Of a stretch of DNA of 64,000 bases, positions 40,689 through 52,731 are shown piece after piece. A program made the translations under genes and the position numbers. The first letter of the stretch is position 1; each line of letters starts with the position of its first letter. This DNA is from Ginglymostoma cirratum (Eukaryota). The stretch lies in contig JAHRHZ010000139.1 in the NCBI GenBank assembly GCA_024137785.1, positions 38,300,717 to 38,364,716 of the forward strand, read 5' to 3'. The notes beneath the pieces are model-generated. The model was not told the origin of the DNA. It did no database searches and saw only the letters and a list, made by a program, of their open reading frames with translations.

Positions 40689-43463
40689 TCTTAAAGTGTC
40701 AGCGTGATCCAGTTGCTGCATGCTTGCCTCTGAGCTAGAAAGGTTTAAATCCAGTTTGTAGACCTGAGCAGATGATGTTAGGCTGACATTGTTAATGCCC
40801 TCCCAGCCACCCCTGAAGGAATGGCCAGATGTGCCTCTTTTTGGGTGGAACATTATACCCAGTTGCTCAAGTGGATGTAAAAAAAAAAATCTCCATGGCA
40901 TTATTCAAAGTGGAGGCTAGGAATTCCACCAGGGGTCTGGTTAACTACTGTCCTTCAGCCCAGAGCACCAGATTAAAGTTGACCAGGTCATTGATCCCAT
41001 AACCGGGTAAATGTCTTCGGAATCAGTTCCAGGAGAGAAGATGAATCCTGCATTATGGAGGCAATTTGATCCACTTCGCCCTGGCCCCTTTAAGAAATAG
41101 AAGTAAGCAGATTTGTCTTACAGCCGAAGTCGTTTAGATCTTGTTTACATTTTGATCACTGGGAAATTTTATAGCAAGCATCCAAACACAGATACAAAGT
41201 AACAGTAATGGAAAACTGTAAAATACAATGATATAAGTCATCCCTTGTCTAAATGTTGCCACTGCCGGGGAAGCAATGTTAGTTGAAAAAATAAATAAAA
41301 GAAATTACAATTAAATTGTAAAACATGACCCTTTGTTTCTGGGGGTGCTGAGAAAGGTAGTTTTTAAATAACCCACAATCTTGCGAGCAGAAGCTAGCTT
41401 GAAGCCTGAAAACTTGTGGCTGCAGCTAATGGGTTGGCATTCCTGAGAACTGCAGAAAACAGCAATATAGGCTGAATGATCCTCCCAATAGTTCGGTGGG
41501 TAAATATTCAGCTTTTAGTGTGGCAGTGCTGAGTCGTTGACATTGTTAATTACAACCCCCCCCCCCCCCCCCAACCTCTAAAGGAATGGCTAGATGTGCC
41601 TGTTTTTGGGTGGAACATTATACCCAGTTGTTCAAGTGGATGTAAAAAAATTGTCATGGCATTACTCAAAGCGGTGGCTAGGAATTCCACCAGGGGTCTG
41701 GTTAACTACTGTCCTTAGGTAGGATAGAACCCAAAGGTTCCCTTCTATCTGTGCTGAATGAGACTCAACAGGTGAGCTCCTGGGATCATCTTTAGTTCCG
41801 TTCACCAGGTTAGGCAGAGATCACTGATACAGCAATTTATTAACCGCTACCTGCCTAGGTTATCAGATGAACACAAGATCAGACTTGAGTGGGAAATTAT
41901 TGTTGTACCGTAAACAAGGAGTTGAGGCCTTGGGAGAGGGAAGCAGTCGTTATACAAGAGTTACTGCCTTCAGCAAAAGATCAATGGGAAATGAAAACCA
42001 GAAACTACTTGTAGATATATGGTAGTTGGATAACAATTTGAAGAAGGAATGATAGATTGCTAGAAAAATAGCTATAACTACTGGCTAGGCTCATGCTGTG
42101 TTCACAATTAAGGTATGTGTAGTTTGTGGAGGATAAAAATGGAGCACCCTGGTCAAATAGTAACCATTTGTCACCTTAATAACATTTGTTGACATGATGC
42201 ATATTTACACCTCTATGGGGCGCTATATAATATGGAAAATACTGGCAAATGGGACTAGATTTATTTAGAATACCTGGTTCGCATGAACAAGTTGGACCAA
42301 AGAGTCTGTTTCTGTGCTGTACATCTCTGTTTCTATGATTATTTGATCGTCTTCTAGATAAAAAGGGGAATTATGTGCAGCATCAACAGCAGCGCATCTA
42401 CACTGCACTGAGTGACCTGTTTCTATGCAGTTAGTACCGTGTCATCTAAACACTATCAGCCTGGGCCTGCACTATGAGTGTGAATAAAGTTGCTCCAACC
42501 ATCCTTTCTCCATCCCTCCAACCACAACCCCAGCCTTACCACACTCAACCTGGACTCTAGATAGCCACTCTAGCCTCTCAGCCCCCATTCTTTGCCCCAT
42601 TATTACCAATTATACCTTCAGCTACTTCGATTCAGCACTCTGAATCACTTCCCTTCACCCCCTTGCCCCTTGGCTCCAGCAGCCTCCTCTCTGTTAAGAC
42701 TGTCAGTGAAACCTATCGTTAGTAAACTTGAGGTCACCCACCCTGATATCTCCTCTGCTGACATGATACATATTTACACCCCTGTGTGGCACTATATAAA
42801 TGCAACAAATAGCTGAGATGAATGCACCTAGGTTTCTGTGGTCTTTCAGATTTTGGACCAAAGTGTCAGCTTCCTGACTTATTTCAACTAAGGATATGGA
42901 ATGTGGAAGGAAAAACAGGGACAAAAGAGTGAAACCTGTAGGTTGGTGTAGTGTACAAGCTGCGTGTGATGGCAGGATGGAAAATGTGCCTGTAGTTATC
43001 AAAGGATATGTACCGAGGCTAAACTCTATTGCAGGGTGAACTGCCAAGCTGATTATCGAAGCAGCTGACTTATATATCAGAGATGAAATAATTTCTGCAT
43101 TTTTAGTACTTAAATCCTTAACTGCAGAAGCGATAAATGCCAATGTTGCAAGGAGCAGCAATTTATTTCATGAATAATTGTAAATTGCCTCATCATGACC
43201 AGCTGTAGCTTTATGTCTGCGGGACTGCTTTCATCCAGTGGATGAGTTTATCTGAACATCAGGTTGAACAAAGGGCAGCGAACTGTAATGAACTTCACTG
43301 TGCCAAAAAACTCACTGTAGCCTGTTGTGCATTGTCTTGCAGTTTTGGACCTTATGTGTTTACCTATGAATGGTATATCCTGCTTGATTTTGATTGACTG
43401 TGGTTCCTCTATCGTTCACCCATATTAACAAGACACTTACCATCAGCAGCTAAGGTTATAACT

Positions 43464-44368
43464 TATTCCCCTCCCCTCCCTTGTCTGCCTTCCGCAGCTA
43501 CCGTTCCCTCCAGGACACCCTGGTCCACACTTCCTTCACCCCCAACACCTCCCCACAGCTCTATGGCACCTTCCCCTGTAACCGGCGAAGGTGCAACACC
43601 TGCCCATTTACCTCCTCCCTCCCCGGTATCCAAGGGCCCAAACATACCTTCCAGGTGAAGCAACACTTCACCTGCACTTCCCAGAAGCTAGTCTACTGCA
43701 TTCGCTGCTCTCAATGTGGTCTCCTCTACATAGGAGAAACAAAGTGTAGACTTGGCGACCGCTTTGCAGGACATCTACGTTCTACTCGCAATAGAGACCC
43801 TGAACTGCCTGTTGCCTGCCATTTCAATGCACCACCCTGCTCCCTGGCCAACAGCTCTGTCTCTGGCTTGCTGCAGTGTTCCAGTGAAGCCCAACGCAAG
43901 CTGGCGGAACACCACCTCATTTTCCGCTTGGGGACCCTACAGCCCTCCGGACTCAGTATTGAGTTCAACAATTTTAGGGCCTAAAATCTCCCATGTCCCA
44001 GCCCCCCACCCCACACACCAGGCCCTGTTACCACAGAGCCTGCCACTACACACCCCTTGTTGTTAGTCACTAACAGCCCCCATTAACAAGTATTCACCCT
44101 CCCAGCCTAATTGTTAGCAACTCCCCAACTGTCTTTCTCTCTCTTTTGGGCTCTATCCTATCGTTTACTCCCTACCCCACCCACCTCCCTATTTTCTGCA
44201 TATAAACTGACATTTTCCCAGCCACCATCAGTTCTGAGGAAGGGTCACTGGACCCGAAACGTTAACTCTGTTTTCTCCTCCACAGATGCTGGCAGACCTG
44301 TTGAGCTTTTCCAGCAACTTTGTTTTTGTTCCCGATTTACAGCATCCGCAGTTCTTTTGGTTTTTATT
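43464..44368 (+). mobile_element. Young 5'-truncated Penelope-like element (Neptune-like) with open GIY-YIG endonuclease frame and 13-bp TSD
   Basis: ORF 43481..43984: C.RRRCNTC, LVYCIRCSQCGLLYIGETKCRLGDRFAGH...VACHF...E.HLIFRLGTLQPSGL; perfect TSD taaggttataact at 43451-43463 and 44369-44381. Confidence 0.93.
44230..44267 (+). ncRNA. Minimal type-I hammerhead ribozyme motif
   Basis: AGUU-CUGAGGA-A-GGGUC-ACUG-GACCC-GAAACGUU-AACU: stem I AGUU/AACU, 5-bp stem II, palindromic ACGU, GUU site with predicted cut after 44263. Confidence 0.8.
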
Positions 44369-46604
44369 TAAGGTTATAACTATTTTGGCTTGAAAAGTGG
44401 GCCGGATTGGCTATGTCCTCTGATACTGTCACTCATTCGTGGCCCTGTTCAGCTGCTGTACAGACGGCTCGATGATGTCTGCTTGCAAGAATGCGAGTTG
44501 TGGCACCAGTGGTCACTCCGAGTAAGTGTTCTGGCTCAATGTACAGCAAAGGCGGATCGCTGCCAGAAATACAGAAAATATTGCTGGAAGGTCAGTACAC
44601 ATTTGAACTCTGACAAAAGTTTTCTGCAGAACGAGGAGCTATGAGAAAATAGTGTACTGGCCATCAATAGTGATTATATGAGGGTAAAGGAGAGCAAGCC
44701 ACTTAGCTGATGAAACAATTCCTTTTGACAGTCAGTTTAACTTTACCTAAAGTGGTGCAGTCCACTCAGTCCTTTTGATCTGCTTATTGTGGTCCCATCT
44801 ATTCAATTACCTTATTAGAGACTAATTTACTCAATCCACTCGGTTTTCCTTTCATGGTCTAATCTGCTCACTCAATTCTATCTCTCTGGGACCACAGCCT
44901 GGACGGCTTTGGGCCTTATTATTCAGGCTCAGGCCACACAAGCTACTTGCAATGGCTTACCAAGAATGTGCCATAAGTGGTTACAGACCATTTTCTATGG
45001 AATTAAATCCGTAACATTACTTTCCAAGCAGTTTTAATCCATCATTACCTTCCTGAGTGTATGGTACACAATGATTTTTGTGGAGGTATACACGTACACA
45101 GTACATTACCTGTGTGCGTGTACAAGTACACAGTGAATTCTCGATCATGTATGGGAGACACAGCGAGTGTCCCATGGTGTACAGGGGTCCCAGTAATACG
45201 TTTGGGATGAGTGGACAGGCAGTTTCCTGAGGTAAATGGGGACACTGAACTCAGTCTCTGCTTTCATGTTTATGAGCTATATTGAAATCCTGCTGAGACC
45301 ATCTGTCTCCCCTGTTCTCCTGTGAAATATGCTCAGGCCTTCTGAAAGTAGCTTGTTGCAAGTTTCCTCCTGCAGTTGACCTCTCAGTTCCTGCTGACCC
45401 TAAGTCAAAATTCGATAAGAAATAAAGGAAAAATCATAACATGAAAGATCTGTTCTCTTGAAAACTGACCAGCCAGCCATGATTTTCGATGTGTTTTAAA
45501 AGTTTTAGGGAAGTGTGTTGATCTGTTTGTTCAGTTACCCATTCCTGACCTGATAGTGGTGGATACATACTTTGAAGATGTTGAATAATGAAGTTGCGTT
45601 TTTGATTATGGGATCAGTAAGACCAGCCTGTCTACATAAACTGAGCGACTGCCAGCTTGTTCCATTTAATTGTCATGAAATTTGGTGCCTACTGCTTTTC
45701 TATAAACATCCTGCTTTTGAACAGCTGCTTCTTAACTGTGGTCTTAGCCCCATGACAGCGTCTCTCCCAGTTTGTGATGTTTTGCTGTCCTGTGTAAGTG
45801 AGGGCAGGGTTAGGGTGCACGTGTTAGGATGGGGTAAGGATATGCGTTGTCTGTACCTCAACTTGGGGCCTGAAACTGACCTTGGACACGGTTGTCTGTA
45901 TGAAGTGATCGCCTCTCTGATATCATATCACAAGATCAGGTCGCGAGGGCTTGTGATAAGTAGTATTTCCTGATGTCCTGTTCACCACCTCATCCACGTG
46001 GCACTGAAGGAGATCGGTAAGAGTCTTACCCACTGAAGACTGGGGAAGGAACGAGCCAGCAGCTGTAGGAACCAGCAGCAAGTGGGAAACAGGGGCCACT
46101 TTGATCTTTAAAATAATATTGTCGCCCAGCACAGCGGTCCCTGAACAGTTTTCATTTCACGGCTGGATGGAAGGCTACTTGAGATTTGAGTCCATCAAGT
46201 ACTGTGTTGTCTTTGTTCAATATTGTCTCATGTACATACGAGGTTACCTCAAAACCTAATGGTTCTCTTTTATTACCATAGCAGCCTGTTCCGTAATGTT
46301 TACTATAATGTGGGTAATTGCCTTTTAACCTTGTGTTGTACAGTGTTCATTGCCTTCTGGGTCATCTCTCTAAATCTTAATTTAAAAAAAGAAAGCACCT
46401 TTCCAAATCTGTCAGTTCATTTTTGTTGTTCAAGTTCATTTGAATTGCAGACAAGTTGACATTGGGGCTCTAGTTTTCTGTGATGGTCCTCCCAAAGTGA
46501 GTCAGGTAGTGTGTTTTCTGTGAGTACACTGTCATGGCCTGGGGGACGTCCTGAATGTGACCACCACTATAATGGCAATGCAATTGTGTTTTTCTGTTGG
46601 TCTG

Positions 46605-46990
46605 TGCAGGGAAAAAGATTAATGAAGACAGATGTGGATCACAGTCAGAAACAAGAAGTTATAATGAGGAACAAAGAGATGGCAAGCCAGTTAAATCTCT
46701 ATTTTGGCTCCATTCACAAAGGAGGGTATAAATATCATCCCAAAAATGTTGGGAAACAAATGGTCCAGTGAGTGTGAGGAACTGAAGACAATCAGTAGGA
46801 GTATGGAAAAAAGCTGTTCGGGAAATGGTTAGGAATGAAGGCTGATAAATCCCCAGGTTAAGCTACATCCCAGAATACTTAATCAAGTGGTCCTAGAAAT
46901 TGCAGATGCAATTTCCAACCAGAAACGTCAACTTTCCTGCTCCTCTGATGCAGTCTGACCTGCTGTGTTCCTCCAGAATTATAGACTGGT
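46605..46990 (+). mobile_element. CR1 internal fragment carrying a short PLE tail piece (about 46920-46978)
   Basis: IMRNKEMASQLNLYF and gaaggctgataaatccccagg (KADKSPG) CR1 motifs; gaaacgtcaactttcctgctcctctgatgc matches the PLE tail. Confidence 0.7.
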
Positions 46991-48074
46991 TAAAGACAAA
47001 GAACACCTTGCTGAAGCTTAAATTTACATCAGCGTTGAAACAGTCTAACTAACGCGAAGAGACTTAAAACGATAACTATTATCCGTCACACAGCATGACC
47101 AAGCATCGGAGGGTGAAAAGGGAAAAGTTGCAGAAGGCTTGGAAAAATTCTGTGCAGAGACAGTCAATATTCTCATGCAATTGAGCCAACAAGTGAGATA
47201 TTGATGGAGGAAAAAGACTCCCCTTCACTGAAATATTCAAAGTCCCAAGATTAGCTGAGGAAAAAAAAATTACTACAATCAGTGAGTGATGATATTGGGT
47301 TTGAAGGTGAAACTCTGGAGAGGACGAGAAGGAAAGTCTTTGTTTAAGCTGAGAACACTGTTGGAGACTCATGGTTCAAGTGAAAAGAGACCTGTGGTGG
47401 CGGGAGGTCACGTAGAAAAAAGCAGTTAAATGTTCATGGCGAAATGCAAATGGTTTAATAATAGAACTGAAGGGTGGGGTTGGGGAGGAGGAGATGTGCA
47501 GTAAGGGGGTAATTATACCTTTTAAGAATAGTGACTGAGGTATGTGGAAGGGCCTATGTCAGATTTAATGGAGCTGGAGCTTGAATCTGCTGGCTTCCAG
47601 AAGATACAGCTACAGTTCCTTGTATAGTCTTACGTATAATAAAGTCTTACAATATTCAGTCCATAAAGTGCAAACCTGATGTTACTACAATAACCTTTGT
47701 TGCTTGATTTAATTGGTGAGTTTTTGGATTAGTGTCCACTTAGGAAAATTCCTCAGTATGAGAGACCTGAATCACAACAAAGGAATGTAAGTTCTCCTGT
47801 CTGATTTAGGTGGGGACCTCGCTTCCACAACTGAATAGCCTCATGAAAGAGTTTATCAATTGGAGATTTGTGGTGAGGGAAAGCTTTACAGTTTTGCATT
47901 CCTTTTTTCTCCCCACTTAATGCATTGGGAACTGGGAAGGACAGAGTTTTAGACAGTGGAAAATGAGCCTGAGTGCTTCCTACGTTGTACCTGGCTGTCA
48001 GACTAGATATAAACTTTAACAAAGTGCTTATTTTACCTTTTTCTTGTGAATGTACTTCACAGGTTCAAGCGTCT

Positions 48075-48505
48075 ACTTGTTGGCAGCACTCTCGCCTCTA
48101 AACCACAAAGTCGTAGGTTCAAGTCCCTCTACAGTCTTAAACACATCATCGAGGCTGATATTTCAGTTCAGTACAGTACAGAATCTGCAGCATTGTGGAT
48201 GTAACATCTTTCCGATGAGACATTACAGCATTTCCTTCTGTCTGAGTGTAAAAGATTCTATAATGCCTTTTATTTGAGTATAAGTAACAAATTCTCCAAA
48301 TGTCCTGACCAACATATTCTTCCTTGACGAACACTGTAAATAGTAGACTCAGTGGTCATTATTTTATTAGTTGTTTGTTGGATCTTGCTGTGTGCAGATT
48401 GGTTGTTCGAGTTGCTTCATAATGTCTGCAATTCAAAAGCGATGAATTGACTGTGAAGTGTCTGAGGTTATGAAAGGTACCTTCTAAATGTGAGATCTTT
48501 CTTAG
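48075..48505 (+). mobile_element. Deu-domain SINE
   Basis: gcactctcgcctct...gtaggttcaagtccc head and a Deu-like body as at 6310-6695. Confidence 0.7.
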
Positions 48506-49196
48506 CTCTTCTTTAAAAAGCCACTCATGTTCTAGGACCTATTTAGGAATCAAGACAAATGCAGATCCTTGCCTATCCACAGAACATTGCTGATTCTTCT
48601 AGTCAAATGGATTGTTGGGAAGAGAACTGATGCAGAAAGATCTGCACTCAGAACCCACAACAAAATGGAATATGTTGGGATTTAGGGGTAAAATTCACTA
48701 GAAAGGTAAACCATGTAAGGTGTCTAAGAGCTGCATGATCTGCTACCGTCCATATTGCAGAATTTCACTCTGAACGATGCTTGTGTGGAATTTATTTGTT
48801 TTCACGGACGCTGGCCTCCATTCCAGTTGGCCTGTTGTTCTCTGGGCCATAAGTGAAGTCTTCAGGTCGAGGAAGTAAACCAATTCATTAAAGCTTAGGT
48901 TGTGTGTATTTGACACTGTCGAAGGTCCCTAGGTTAGGGTCAGTTTTGAACTTGTCTTCTGGGGTGATACCCTGACACAGCAACACATCTGTCCACTGTA
49001 GAACCTGACACATTTTTAACTCATCGAAACCAAGAGAACAAAAAAATTGGTAGATTCTACAATAGGCTGGTGGACTACTTTTTCAGGTTATAAAATTAAA
49101 AATAACTACCTTGGCATCCAAACGTAGAGGGCTGTTTCAGCTTAGTTTTTGTAACCTTGTTTAGTTCTCCCATTATGAAAACTACACCAAACATGT

Positions 49197-49383
49197 CTGC
49201 CTCCTCTCCAGCTATCCTCTCCTCCATCCATCCTCTATCCGCCTCCCCCTCTCTCCCTATTTATATCAGAACCCTCTTCCCCTCCCCCATTTCTGATGAA
49301 GGGTCTAGGTCCGAAACGTCAAGCTTTCCTGCTCCTATGATGCTGCTTGGCCTGCTGTGTTCATCCAGCCCCATGCTTGTTAT
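49197..49383 (+). mobile_element. Penelope-derived short insertion containing a hammerhead motif (49293-49320)
   Basis: CUGAUGA-A-GGGU-CUAG-GUCC-GAAACGUC followed by the tail ctttcctgctcct.tgatgctgcttggcctgctgtgttcatccagc, shared with 15734-15849. Confidence 0.8.
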
Positions 49384-50214
49384 AGGAAATACTTCTGACT
49401 TGACTAATTTTTAGCAAAAAATGCATTTGCAAATAGAATTGCAGGTTATATAATTAGAACGATTAATGGGTATGTCCACACTTAGCATCACCCTAATGAT
49501 TGCTACCCTTCCAAAAGTGGACTATTGGGAGAACCAGGGGAAAATGTCAATTTAAATTCTTAAAAGTCATTTGTGGAAGGTGATGTGCCACAGTTAGGAT
49601 TGAAGAGAAATGAGCATCTTCCTCCAGTTCACAGTTGTACTTTGTGAGGTGAACTGAAGGGAAAATTTCAAGTATAACTTCACCCAGTGTCACAGATCAG
49701 AAGCGAATATATTTTGTTTATTTCCTATCTGGTGGTGTTAGCAAAAACCATTATGTTTTTGAGCATCTATAATTGACCTCTTGAACTCGTATTTCTGTGA
49801 CTATGTTCTCACATTGCCCTTCGACAGGGAATCACAGGATCTCAACCCAGCCAAATTGTAGGATCAGCAATCCATATTGAAAAGACCAGGCTTATTAAGT
49901 TTCAGATCACTGGTGACCCCAGGTCATCATTAATGGTGGAGGACTCCACGATGGTGGTGCCATGAGGGGGAGGATCGACAGAACTTGAAATTAAAAAGCA
50001 GCGTTCACGTTTTCAGGGCATTGGCAAGTACTTCAATACAATTAAACTATTTGAAGTCTAATGATTGTTGTAAAAGCAAAAGGTCAGGCAATTTATAAAC
50101 ATCAAAGTCCATGAATAACAGTGAAACAAAACATTCAGAATCTATTTTTTATAGTTTTAGGTGGGGCGGGTGAAATATTGACCACAAAACATGCACCAAT
50201 CTAGAAAAGTGTCA

Positions 50215-50425
50215 TTGTTTCAGAAGGCTGAGTGTCTTTGGAATTCCTTGCTACAGAGAGCTGTCAGGACAATGTATATTTAAGGCTGAGACAGATTCTT
50301 GATTGGTAGGGGCATCAAGGGTTACAGTGGAAGGACAGGAAAGTGGACGTGATGAGTTCAGATCAGCCATGATCCCATCAAGGGGCCAAAGGCCTATTTC
50401 TTCTGGTCTACGTGATCCTAATGTT
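50215..50425 (+). mobile_element. CR1 LINE 3' fragment
   Basis: ctttggaattccttgctacagagagctgt...tttaaggctgagacagattc...agatcagccatgatc. Confidence 0.7.
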
Positions 50426-50769
50426 TCACGGTTGAGGCTCTCCATGTATTATCTCACCCAAAACATGGCAACTTTAGTATCTTACTGTCTTTTTACACTT
50501 CTCTCTCTGGAGTAGGGCTTCAACTTGTGATTGTTAATGAAACAGAAGATTTGTCAGCACCGTTAACCAGATAGTTGTACAGTATATCCTGCAATGAAGG
50601 AAATTGTATTGTACCATATAACTGGCCCCTCACATTAGCAATGATGGCAGGGAATGTGAGTCATTGTCTAAATTAGGTATATCACTTTGTGTGGAAATGC
50701 TGTGCAAGCCAAGCTGGTAAATAATTTACTTTAATGTATAAAAGTAGTAATTTGGGAGGACAGAAATTG

Positions 50770-51648
50770 AGCATTGCTGATGAAAGACACACCTTGAAGA
50801 TTTTGTCATGCACTCATCAGGACAATTCGTAAGAACACCAGTTCAGGTGGAAAACCACTATATATACTGCATGAGAGGAGAGGGCTAGCAAGTTGTCTCT
50901 GACTAGTTGAGGCATGACCATGGAGAATGCAGCCATTAATGCCGATTGACAGTTAATTGTCAGACTTTGTCCCAAATTTAACCCGAGTAATTTTGCTCTG
51001 ATTTAGCCAGGGATTTGCCCAGAGAAATGAATTACAGGGCCGGTGTGCTCAGGTATGTGGGCTGTATATCTCAAAGATTGTTGGATTTTAACAAACAGTA
51101 TATCCCTTCAACTATTCATAACAAGAAAATATACAGACCATGCCCGACTAAGCTTTGCTTTCAAAACTTGCGACATTGTGTCCGACTGTGGTTAGATGTG
51201 ACTGTGCAATTGGACAACACTTGCTGAATAATTCTGAGTGTGTGAGGAATTACACTGATGACAATTTAGGATTGTCAGTTGAGCTTGTAGTGCAGTGCAC
51301 CTATTTGGACTGGAAGCTACGTATTAATATGAGAGATCCTGTTCTTGGCATGTGTTTCAACCCAACAAATTAGGAGACAGCTATTTGTTGGTTTATTTTG
51401 CAGGGTACTGTCCTATCCAAATAGAGTCAACCTGCCTGATTTAAAATTTAAAGAATGCCAAATAGTTAATTGTCTATTGGCATTAATAGGCGCATTCTCC
51501 ATGGCAACACCTATGTCAACCAATGAGCACTCTGTATTGTTGAGCAATATAAATGTTGTTTTTCTCTTGAATTGGCATTTCTTGTGAATTGCCCTGATGA
51601 CCGCAAGACGAAAAGCTTTGACAAAATGTGCCTTTTTTCAGCAATACT
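50770..51648 (+). mobile_element. Second Penelope-like family: GIY-YIG remnant between ~250-bp inverted terminal repeats
   Basis: Frameshifted RYVGCISQRLLD..KQYIP and CDCAIGQHLLNNSEC..NY; 50773-51010 is an imperfect reverse complement of about 51410-51645 (attgctga/tcagcaat; ccatggagaatgc/gcattctccatgg). Confidence 0.85.
51589..51624 (+). ncRNA. Minimal hammerhead motif (second family), partly mutated; antisense twin at 50794-50825
   Basis: UUGCC-CUGAUGA-CCGCAAGAC-GAAAAGCUUU-GACAA; the twin reads UUGUC-CUGAUGA-GUGCAUGAC-AAAAUCUUC. Their consensus gives stem I UUGUC/GACAA, stem II GU/AC and palindromic AAGCUU. Confidence 0.65.
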
Positions 51649-52506
51649 TGAATGTACTAATCTGAAGAATCATTCTTCCTGAGACAGCCACGTATGATGC
51701 AGCTGTTTGAGGAAGGTATAATAGAAAAGGAGCAGTTGGACATGGTGTAATGATAGTTGAAAGCTCGGCACAATAGCCATACAGGTATGTTACTGGACCA
51801 CTATTCTAGAAGCTTGGACTAACAATCCAGAGAGGATGAATTCAAATCCTTGAATGTCAGTTTGCGAATTTGAGTTCCATTTAATTTAATAAAGTCTGGA
51901 AAAGTAAAGCTGGTATCAGTAAAAATGATCATTAAGACTATTGCACTGTCATAAAAACTCAATGTGTTCAGAATATTTTTTAAGGATTGAAATTGTAAAT
52001 GCCACATACAGCTAGATATGATGTCACTAATTTACAGTAATCATTATTCTTCTTTGTACAGCAAGCTTCCCACTCAAATTTCAGGCAGGTGGGTAATTGG
52101 CAGTATACTGATTAGACTGGTGGAATATGGGTTATAACTTGACCTTAACTACTGAAAGAAAACTTCTCTCTTGCTACATGTAATTGACCAATGGGAAGGG
52201 TCTGCATAGTACTACCACAGTTTCCACTCAGCAGGGACTCTCAATGATACAGCATTGAACTGGCAATCTCAAATGGGAACTGATGGGATTGAGCGGAGTG
52301 AGAGCTGTTCTTTCAGAGTCGTTGAGGACAGGGTTTATTCGGGATTGTTACTGTCAAACCTGGTGTTCTAATTGCAAAGCGTCTATTCCTCTCTCTGACG
52401 AAATCAATTTCTAAATAATGCATAGGGTAGACATTGCCAGTTGAATTGTTCCTAACCAGAACAATATACAGATTAAGAATGTATGTTCCTGCAGACAATA
52501 CTGTAG

Positions 52507-52731
<225 letters not shown>

